A stretch of DNA of 64,000 bases, from IMG/VR virus record IMGVR_UViG_3300045988_174665; one strand, 5' to 3'. Positions 42,760 to 49,440 of the stretch are shown here, one piece after another. The DNA comes from a virus. The notes beneath the pieces were generated by a model. It did not search any database. It was not told the origin of the DNA and saw only the letters and a list, made by a program, of their open reading frames with translations. The first letter of the stretch is position 1. Every line of letters begins with the position of its first letter. The translations under genes were made by a program, and so were the position numbers.

Positions 42760-44412
42760 TTATAAATATTGTTTAATTAACTCAGAAAAGTTTCTTAAAA
42801 AATGAATCGAAATGGTGTCTTTTTGTAGGGCCGCTGTTCGCTGTATATCCCAAGCATTTTTAATGCCTGCCTGAGATTGCTGCGTTGGATAAAGTATTTC
42901 TGGAGTTGTAATAGTAACTCGAACCAATTTAGATAAATTTTTTTCTTTTGTATAATCTGTAATTGCCCGATAAATTAAATATAAGAAAAAGGACAAGGGA
43001 ATTAATATACCGTTCAAGTTCATAATGTGAATAGCATTTGTGGTTGTTTCTTTAAAATCTCCAATAGAAGAGGCATCGTCAAATAATAAATATGCCACAT
43101 CCTGAGCTAATAAACGGCTTAAATCTTCTTTATAATTTTCTTGATTACCAATTGCCCCTTTTCCTAATTGTAAAATTGCTCCAACCACATAAACAAAATT
43201 TTTATCTATATTAGAGAAAATTTCTTTAAAAGAATCCATTTTAATAGCTGTGCCGGCGGAGTAACCTCTCTTAGAAAAGTTTTCATTTAAGGTATATAAT
43301 TTAGAAGAACTATAAACAATAAAGCCATTATTAATTTTATCTAATCTCTGTCTTAAAATTTCAAATGCTCTATTATTATCCACATAATTACCTAAAGAGT
43401 TTTCTTTTGTAATTTTTTCTATAGCGTCTTTATCTATACCATAAGTATAAATATTATCCGCTTTAATCTTTTTCTCTCCAGAACCAATTCCTTCAATTTT
43501 GTATCCTTGATTTTTATTGTTTTGTAACATAAAGATGAAGTTTTCCAAAAATTCTTGTTCTAAACCGCCTTGACCAGCCGCTGTCTGCATAGCAACTTTG
43601 TTCTTTCTAGTGTTACCCAAAATCGCCTGTTTACAACTCATTAAGCTAACTCCTCTTTTACTTTTACTTTCTTTAATTCTCTTTTTAATTGAATTTTTAA
43701 TTTTATCAACTTGATACACTTGGCACATATTCCGCACGAAGGGGTTGGTGGCAGCCTTGCCTCTATATTTTTCTAAAGCTTCTACAACTTCGGCATAAGC
43801 GTTAGAATAATCTTTCCCAGTTTTATTTAATCCATTTTCTTGATTAGCACTGAATTGTAAAATTAAAGCTTCTTGTACAATTTCTGGCATTACCTCGTCA
43901 ATTACATTTTCAATTGCTGAATTAATTTTTACTCCTTTTTTAATTTGACTAATAATTTTTCGAGAAATTTTTCCCTCATATTTATCCCAAACCTTACCAA
44001 AATAAGTGCCAAAAAAGGCAGTAACTGTTTTTTGTCCCTTGGTATTCTTTATTAAGGCTACATTTCTTTCATAAACTTTTTTTAAGTTCATCGTTTCATT
44101 AAGAAGCTCAATTATTTTCTTTGCTCCATCTGCGGAGGCTGTCGAATCTTTTACTCCCCTTCCTACATTAATACCATAAACTTTTCTTAAAAGGGCTTTT
44201 TCTTTCTTTTCTTCATTTTGAGCTAGTCTTAATAATTGCTTGGCAGCGGTGACGTCTTCTGAACCCAGAGCATTTCTGAATTTACCACCGTCCCTCAAAT
44301 TTCTTTTAATTGTATCGTAAGTTTTTCTATAAGTCGGTCCACTGTCTTTTAATCTTTCGTAAAAAACATACATACTAGACAAAGAGCGACTTTGTATGTC
44401 TAAAGCTGGCAT
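42760..44412 (-). CDS. large hypothetical protein
   Basis: ORF track, 550 aa, GGAGG RBS; no motif recognised. Confidence 0.55.
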   Translation of the reverse strand: MPALDIQSRSLSSMYVFYERLKDSGPTYRKTYDTIKRNLRDGGKFRNALGSEDVTAAKQLLRLAQNEEKKEKALLRKVYGINVGRGVKDSTASADGAKKIIELLNETMNLKKVYERNVALIKNTKGQKTVTAFFGTYFGKVWDKYEGKISRKIISQIKKGVKINSAIENVIDEVMPEIVQEALILQFSANQENGLNKTGKDYSNAYAEVVEALEKYRGKAATNPFVRNMCQVYQVDKIKNSIKKRIKESKSKRGVSLMSCKQAILGNTRKNKVAMQTAAGQGGLEQEFLENFIFMLQNNKNQGYKIEGIGSGEKKIKADNIYTYGIDKDAIEKITKENSLGNYVDNNRAFEILRQRLDKINNGFIVYSSSKLYTLNENFSKRGYSAGTAIKMDSFKEIFSNIDKNFVYVVGAILQLGKGAIGNQENYKEDLSRLLAQDVAYLLFDDASSIGDFKETTTNAIHIMNLNGILIPLSFFLYLIYRAITDYTKEKNLSKLVRVTITTPEILYPTQQSQAGIKNAWDIQRTAALQKDTISIHFLRNFSELIKQYL

Positions 44413-44423
44413 AATTCCTCCTA

Positions 44424-44450
44424 TAAAAAAAGAGCGTTATTCACGCTCTT
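44424..44450 (-). terminator. intrinsic terminator
   Basis: AAGAGCG-loop-CGCTCTT hairpin followed by T7 in the minus sense. Confidence 0.6.
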
Positions 44451-44481
44451 ATGTATATAAAACAGCCTCTATTGAAGCCGA

Positions 44482-45243
44482 TTAGGACAATTGTACAACC
44501 TCGTCCAGTAATAAAGTCATATTGGAAGTTAATGGTTGGTTTGCGTGGAAATGCCCACAATACCAATGTGTGAAAGTAATTTTATCATAAACCTCTTCTA
44601 AAAATTCTTCCATAGAAGTATCCGCTTCTCCATAATTAAAAGGAAGAAATAATTCTGTGGGTTCATATTTAAGTGGACAAGTATGACTAAAAATATAATC
44701 ATATGAGTTATTTTTTGAAATAATTTCAAAAATTTCCTTTTTCTTCTCTTCATCCATTTGTTCATCGGGATACCAATATCCCCTTTTATGAACTACTCTC
44801 CAATATTTATCAATTGAATACGCCCCACCAAGTACAAGACACTTTTTCCCTAAAATTGTAATTACTCCATCATCAGGGAATAAAATATTAGAATACTTTT
44901 TTTCTACCCAACAATTACATTTTAAATCTCCTCTACATTGAATTTTTTGATAAGAAGGAATATGCTCGGGGCGGCAATCGTGATTACCTTGAATACAAAT
45001 TAAAGTAATTGGTAAATTACTAATTTTTTGCTTAATCTTTTCTCTATAAGACTTACTTTTATCTATAAGAGGCTCTCCCCATTTTAAACCAGTATTCATT
45101 TCATCATAAATATATCCATAATTGATTCCAGTATCACCCAAAAGAATTAAATAATCTTCTTTAGTGGTATTATTTTCCCTGCAAAATTGAGGTAAAAAGC
45201 CAAACTGACCGTGAGTATCCCCTCTTACAAAAATTCTTCCCAT
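44482..45243 (-). CDS. Ser/Thr-phosphatase-type metallophosphoesterase
   Basis: GDTHGQ, LGDTG, GNHD and GHFH motifs. Start moved to MGRIFVRGD because the ORF-track N-terminus overlaps tRNA-Gln. Confidence 0.8.
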   Translation of the reverse strand: MGRIFVRGDTHGQFGFLPQFCRENNTTKEDYLILLGDTGINYGYIYDEMNTGLKWGEPLIDKSKSYREKIKQKISNLPITLICIQGNHDCRPEHIPSYQKIQCRGDLKCNCWVEKKYSNILFPDDGVITILGKKCLVLGGAYSIDKYWRVVHKRGYWYPDEQMDEEKKKEIFEIISKNNSYDYIFSHTCPLKYEPTELFLPFNYGEADTSMEEFLEEVYDKITFTHWYCGHFHANQPLTSNMTLLLDEVVQLS

Positions 45244-45261
45244 TCCTTTCTCCTCTCTTAT

Positions 45262-45285
45262 ATACAAAAATCCCTTATAAAGGGA
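45262..45285 (-). terminator. terminator at the end of the tRNA island
   Basis: TCCCTT-TAT-AAGGGA hairpin followed by T5 in the minus sense. Confidence 0.5.
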
Positions 45286-45288
45286 ACT

Positions 45289-45363
45289 TGGCAGCGGAGA
45301 AGAGAATCGAACTCCTACCCGTTGGGTCAAAGCCAACTGTACTAACCGTTATACTACTCCGCT
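45289..45363 (-). tRNA. tRNA-Gln(TTG)
   Basis: Full cloverleaf, anticodon loop CTTTGAC, GGAGTTCGATTCTC T-arm, encoded CCA. Confidence 0.85.
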
Positions 45364-45999
45364 ATATTTAATTTAATAACTTATTTTAGCCATATAAAGA
45401 CCTTCGCCTTACTTTGATTTAGTTTTCTTCTATATTCAGCCACTAAGAAAACATACTTGAGCCTTGGGGAGCTACCCCAAAACGATATGCCCTATACCTC
45501 TTTAGAGGCAACTAAGCTTAGAAGGGAATGATTACCCTTAACTTTCACCCACCATCCAAAAAATATAATATCTTTTTAACATAAAAGGTATTTTCATCAT
45601 TGTTTTTCTATTTACGGTATTGAGCTACTCGCACATTAAACTTGCCTTATAGTTAAGTTACCTTAACATCACTACCACACCCCTTATTTGAGTTACTAAG
45701 GTTTGCTAATTTCTCAGGTTAGCCTAACTTAGCTTATTCTTTCACTGAAAGCGTCTATTACGGAGCGGACAAGAATTTGCCTTTAAAAGCAACTAATCAA
45801 GCACATCTTTCCCACCAAGAAGACCCGTCTTTTATCTCCGCCCTTATTAGGTCACCCTAATAAGTTCTCGTTGATTTAAAGTATCCTTAAAATCCTTACT
45901 AATTGGAATTATTGGAAAGATTCTCGGCACGATGGCATTCGTCTTCACCGAGGTTTATATGATTAAAATAAACTATTAAATTTTCAAGGTACAATTAAA
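45364..45999 (-). ncRNA. 636-nt ORF-free structured spacer (candidate large ncRNA)
   Basis: No ORF in either strand. Many local helices: TTGGGG/CCCCAA, CTTATTAG/CTAATAAG, AAGGG/CCCTT, CTCGG/CCGAG, GTTAAG/CTTAAC. Visibly richer in G+C than the flanking DNA. Confidence 0.35.
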
Positions 46000-46073
46000 T
46001 GGAGTGGATAAAGGGAATCGAACCCTCATCCTCGGTTTGGAAGACCAATGTTTTACCATTAAACTATATCCAC
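46000..46073 (-). tRNA. tRNA-Gly(TCC)
   Basis: Cloverleaf, anticodon loop CTTCCAA, U73, CCA. Confidence 0.85.
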
Positions 46074-46109
46074 ATTTATTACCTTAAATTTTATAAGGCA
46101 AAATAAATT

Positions 46110-46349
46110 TTAATCTTCTTTAATCTCTGGCTCAATAATAATAAAATCTCTTATCTTCATCCAGATATCATTTTCACTTTCTACCCACAGCTCATTAAAT
46201 TCAAGAGCGTGCAAAGCACCTAAAACAGATTTTGCATTAACACAAAAACCATTACTATCCTTTACCACGATTTTACCCTCAAGCTGTGAAGTAATATGAG
46301 CAAAATTAATTGCATCACTTGAAGTATCTAATCTAATCTTTGCTCTCAT
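46110..46349 (-). CDS. HPr-like domain protein lacking the catalytic His
   Basis: ...VNAKSVLGALHALEF... matches the HPr vnaKSimglmsLg core. The GLHARPA site is replaced by TSSDAINFA. Confidence 0.4.
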   Translation of the reverse strand: MRAKIRLDTSSDAINFAHITSQLEGKIVVKDSNGFCVNAKSVLGALHALEFNELWVESENDIWMKIRDFIIIEPEIKED

Positions 46350-46384
46350 TTTTTTTATCCTTCCTTTCTTAACTTTCTATAAAT

Positions 46385-46413
46385 ATTATATAGAAATTTT
46401 AAAAGATTTTCAA
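46385..46413 (-). promoter_or_regulatory. internal promoter
   Basis: Minus sense TTGAAA-17-TATAAT. Confidence 0.55.
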
Positions 46414-46417
46414 ATTT

Positions 46418-46494
46418 TGGTGCTCTTGAAAGGATTCGAACCTTCACTTGATAGAGCCTAAATCTATTGCCTCTTCCAATTGGGCTACAAGAGC
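46418..46494 (-). tRNA. tRNA with anticodon TAG (Leu codon CUA) but a short variable loop
   Basis: GCTCTTG/CAAGAGC acceptor, stem ATAGA/TCTAT, loop TTTAGGC, 5-nt variable loop CAAGT, A73, CCA. Confidence 0.7.
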
Positions 46495-46615
46495 ATATAA
46501 AGCTTTTAATTAAGCGAATACATTTTTCAGTATTACTTTAAATGCGGAGGCTATCAAATCTCACTTCCCTCACATACTTAATTTGGCGATTTGACCTAAC
46601 CATAAGCTTTTTTAA

Positions 46616-46689
46616 TGGAGATACTATTTGGAATTGAACCAAAAATCAAGCTTTTGCAGAGCCTTGCCTTACCATTTGGCTATAGTATC
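46616..46689 (-). tRNA. tRNA-Cys(GCA)
   Basis: Anticodon loop CTGCAAA, U73, CCA. Confidence 0.85.
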
Positions 46690-46692
46690 ATA

Positions 46693-46768
46693 TGGAGCTT
46701 CTAGTCAGATTCGAACTGACGGTCTTTGGATTACTAAACCAATGCTTTACCAACTAAGCTACAGAAGC
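46693..46768 (-). tRNA. tRNA with anticodon AGT (Thr-like) and a U31-U39 mismatch
   Basis: 76 nt in standard register; loop TTAGTAA gives A34-G35-U36. Confidence 0.6.
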
Positions 46769-46953
46769 ATAATCTTATTGTCTAGACTTTGACCACACTT
46801 AATGTTTGGATAAGATACTCAAACTTGGGTTTACCTATATCGTCGCTCCCTCAAACCACGGAGTATTTTTCGATTATACTCAACGCCTTCTTTCATCGCC
46901 CAAATATGGCAGGTATTTATTCCATTATTATAATTTTAAAATTATAATATAAT

Positions 46954-47037
46954 TGGTAGGAGAGGATGGATTCGAACCATCGAAGCGAAACGCAACAGAT
47001 TTACAGTCTGCCCCTTTTACCACTCAGGAACTCTCCT
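46954..47037 (-). tRNA. tRNA-Tyr(GTA)
   Basis: Loop CTGTAAA, long variable arm GCG-TTT-CGC, A73, CCA. Confidence 0.85.
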
Positions 47038-47113
47038 TGGTGTGCCATCGGAGATTCGAACTCCGGACTTCTTGATTAAAAGTCAAGTATTCTACCAACT
47101 GAATTAATGGCAC
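47038..47113 (-). tRNA. tRNA-Lys(TTT)
   Basis: Loop CTTTTAA, perfect cloverleaf, abuts tRNA-Tyr. Confidence 0.9.
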
Positions 47114-47252
47114 AAATTTAATAAGAATGACACTCTTTGCTTGTATATTCGCAATGACCATCTCATTCTTATCTTTAAATTACTTAAAACCAGAGGGTGA
47201 CAATCCTCATTTCCATAAAGGCGATAGATGCCCGTTCTATCCTTGGTTTTAA

Positions 47253-47329
47253 TGGTGCTCTTAGATAGGATTGAACTATCAACCTCTCACTTATAAGGTG
47301 AGTGCTCTAACCAACTGAGCTATAAGAGC
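47253..47329 (-). tRNA. tRNA-Ile(TAT)
   Basis: Stem CTCAC/GTGAG, loop CTTATAA, A73, CCA. Confidence 0.8.
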
Positions 47330-47637
47330 ATTTAAACTAAATAAGACGCATCTTATTTAGTTAGGCTTTATCCGCAGAATCAGCCGCAATTCATCATTTT
47401 AGTCTTACAAACCCACTTACTAAGACTTGCTTTGATTTCGTTCAAAGGTTTTTCTAAAGCGGTTACGCCAATTTTTTAAAATTGGAAAAACTAATTAAAT
47501 TAATTAGACAGAGAATCTTCTCTTTTTTAAGAATAGATATAATACTGGTAATTTACATCCGCTTTTAGTTATTTCTTCTTTTAAAGAAATCCCTTCAATT
47601 ACAGTCCTATTGCGGCAAGGGCTAACAGTATTTTTAG

Positions 47638-47705
47638 GGGAAGCAACGAGGCTTGAACTCGTACCAATCCTAGGAATTATTCTAACCAATTGAAACTATA
47701 CTTCC
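47638..47705 (-). ncRNA. 68-nt tRNA-like RNA with a 13-nt mini anticodon arm
   Basis: Acceptor GGAAGTA/TGCTTCC, D-arm with AATTGGTTA loop, T-arm ACGAG-TTCAAGC-CTCGT. Only AATTC-CTA-GGATT sits where the anticodon arm should be. No encoded CCA. Confidence 0.5.
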
Positions 47706-47734
47706 CTTAACAGTCAACTTAATCATTGACTTAA

Positions 47735-47810
47735 TGGCTCTTACAGCAGGACTCGAACCTGCAACTCTCTGATTAACAGTCAGATGCTCTACCGATTGAA
47801 CTATGTAAGA
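47735..47810 (-). tRNA. tRNA-Asn(GTT)
   Basis: Loop CTGTTAA, U1-A72, G73, CCA. Confidence 0.9.
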
Positions 47811-48192
47811 ATATTTAAAGGTGCAGGGATAGCCTAACCCCACATCGAGCAGGAAAACACCAAGAATTTTTCTGCTCATTGTTTAAGCATCCCGACCAGT
47901 TTCTCGGTAACTGCGGCCAAGGCTTCCTTTTCGTTATATCCCGTTAGTAGAAACCATCAATTTTTCTTCTAAGGCAGATAACTCCAGTACTGCACTAACT
48001 TCTGGATATACGTTCAAGCAAGTATCACTTACCAAGTTTAACGACATTGACAAGTCGGCTAGATTAGATATAGAATTTTAATCTATACCCTACATATGGG
48101 AAGGACAATGACCTGGCTGTTTTTACTCTATAGGTTTCAGCCTAACTATTAGAGTAAGGAATCTCATCTTTCTGAGGCGTCACATTGTCCTC
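47811..48192 (-). ncRNA. 382-nt ORF-free structured spacer (candidate ncRNA)
   Basis: Long nested helices in the minus sense, e.g. GGACAATG..AC / GT..CATTGTCC, TTACTCTA.TAG / CTATAGAGTAA, TATAGA/TCTATA. Confidence 0.35.
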
Positions 48193-48273
48193 TGGAGCAG
48201 ATGAAGAGAATCGAACTCCTGCTATCAGTTTCAGTTCGGAGAACTGATGTACTAACCACTATACTACATCTGC
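48193..48273 (-). tRNA. aberrant tRNA (loop TCTCCGA, C33; 10-nt variable region)
   Basis: Good acceptor, D- and T-arms (body paralogous to tRNA-Gln). Anticodon stem TCAGT/ACTGA, with the ACTGA strand duplicated. Confidence 0.55.
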
Positions 48274-48285
48274 ATATAAGATAAT

Positions 48286-48361
48286 TGGCTGTTCATTGGA
48301 GATTCGAACTCCAGACCACCGTGTACACCAGTAGCTCTTCCTAACTGAGACTTAATGAACA
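48286..48361 (-). tRNA. aberrant tRNA-like gene without a regular anticodon arm
   Basis: TGTTCAT/ATGAACA acceptor, G73, CCA, T-arm TGGAG-TTCGAAT-CTCCA. The central ACTGGTGTACACGGTGG gives only a weak TACTG/CGGTG stem with loop GTGTACA. Confidence 0.5.
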
Positions 48362-48729
48362 ATATATTATAAATACTAGATTCAGATAAGCAAGACTTTA
48401 CAAATCTCTAGAATATCCGTGAAATAATCGTTATGTCTGCAGAACATATAATTATTTCATCCTACTTATCTGGTAAGCTTTCTTGGGCGAGATGAACTTA
48501 CTAACTCTACCTTAGAATAAAAATAGCATCTAACATCATTTTATCCCTCTATAGAGATTTACTTAAATTTTAGTTATACAAGCAGCCCGTGTTTACCGTT
48601 ACACTAACAACCGCATATATTGCCTTGCTTGTGATATAAGCTCTGCAAAGCATAGAGTTTGTATCGTACCACTCAATCCCTTATTTATTCGCTTTATTTT
48701 AGGTATCTAATAATTGCGATTAGATTTAC

Positions 48730-48820
48730 TGGCGGCGAGGGTGAGATTCGAACTCACACACCTCTTTCCAGCTACTAACAGTTTAGCAAACTGCTTCCTT
48801 ACCATTAGGATTACCTCGCC
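48730..48820 (-). tRNA. tRNA-Ser(GCT)
   Basis: Loop TTGCTAA, long variable arm, G73, CCA. Confidence 0.9.
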
Positions 48821-48822
48821 AT

Positions 48823-48950
48823 ATGGCTAGAGTGGTTGGACTCGAACCAACTTATATTCGGAAATTTAAAGTTCTTATAATATAGATTAAAAGTCTATTC
48901 CTAATGGGTAGAAGGATGAACCTCAACAGCCGAATATTTATTTAACTTAC
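48823..48950 (-). ncRNA. signature hairpin RNA unit A (followed by an orphan T-arm and ..GCCA tail)
   Basis: P1 ATATTCGG/CCGAATAT, GGCU, UUCAUCCUUCUA, then GTTGG-TTCGAGT-CCAAC-CACTCTAGCCA. Own promoter upstream. Confidence 0.5.
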
Positions 48951-48957
48951 ATTAAAT

Positions 48958-48986
48958 ATTATAGCATATATTTTATTATTTGTCAA
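48958..48986 (-). promoter_or_regulatory. internal promoter for unit A
   Basis: Minus sense TTGACA-17-TATAAT with an extended TGC. Confidence 0.6.
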
Positions 48987-49014
48987 ATATTTTTTATTAT
49001 TTAAAATTTGTTCG

Positions 49015-49148
49015 ATGCGGTAATTTTAACATCTACATAATACTATTGCACTACCAACTGTGCTACATCCCGCTTTAATGGGATGGTGGGAATCGAACCC
49101 ACATCACATAGTCCCCTGATATAGAAGGATGATGTTAGTCAGCCGCAT
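49015..49148 (-). ncRNA. signature hairpin RNA unit B carrying a permuted tRNA-like domain (YrlA-like architecture)
   Basis: P1 ATGCGG/CCGCAT and P2 TAACATC/GATGTTA, with GGCU and AUCAUCCUUCUA. The inner module at 49042-49112 has a T-arm, a capped 6-bp acceptor helix, U8-A9 and a D-arm with GG, closed by ACTAT/ATAGT. Confidence 0.6.
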
Positions 49149-49197
49149 ATTTTTTATATTGTGGAAATTTGTTTCTCTAAAATCTTAATCCCAAATC

Positions 49198-49240
49198 AAG
49201 TGCTTGTTAGCGTAGAAGGATGAAAAACAATAGCCACTTT
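49198..49240 (-). ncRNA. signature hairpin RNA unit C
   Basis: AAGTG/CACTT and UGUU/AACA helices; loop UUUCAUCCUUCUACGCU. Confidence 0.45.
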
Positions 49241-49250
49241 GAGAAAGAGA

Positions 49251-49313
49251 TGTGGGAATTTAATGCTCTTTTAAAACCGTTTATTATATAGAAGGATGAG
49301 CATTACAGCCACA
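49251..49313 (-). ncRNA. signature hairpin RNA unit D
   Basis: P1 TGTGG/CCACA, P2 TAATGCTC/GAGCATTA; the loop starts AUCCUUCUA. Confidence 0.5.
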
Positions 49314-49324
49314 AATTATAAATA

Positions 49325-49418
49325 GTGGAAATCGGACTTTCTATCTTATTATTATGGAGGTGGCTAAACCACCGAAATTCTTTTTTTTTCTTAGAAGGAA
49401 GAAAGTCCATAGCCACAA
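49325..49418 (-). ncRNA. signature hairpin RNA unit E
   Basis: P1 GTGG/CCAC, P2 GGACTTTCT/AGAAAGTCC, variant UUCCUUCUA, inner hairpin GGTGG-TTTAG-CCACC. Confidence 0.5.
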
Positions 49419-49440
49419 TAACTTCATTTTATTTCACAAA

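Noticed and set aside
44482-45336. ORF-track N-terminal extension MALTQRVGVRFSSPLPSS... of the phosphatase.
   Set aside because: The extension is the reverse complement of tRNA-Gln and the island terminator. A good RBS precedes the internal MGRIFVRGD start at 45243.
47504-47879. ORFs 47504..47689 and 47682..47879 (minus strand).
   Set aside because: They run through tRNA-Asn, the tRNA-like gene and structured spacer, have no RBS, and their sequences look like translated RNA genes.
47811-48192. Possible phage tmRNA or RNase P RNA, on the basis of size.
   Set aside because: I found no tRNA-like acceptor/T-arm pair at the ends, no plausible alanine-rich tag frame, and no GGAAAGUCC or ACAGAA conserved boxes.
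48909-49299. TAGAAGGATGA looks like an SD plus ATG, suggesting plus-strand micro-ORFs.
   Set aside because: The ATG directly abuts the SD, giving no spacer. The downstream peptides differ in frame and sequence between copies, while the nucleotide motif and flanking complementary stems are conserved. An RNA element on the minus strand explains it better.
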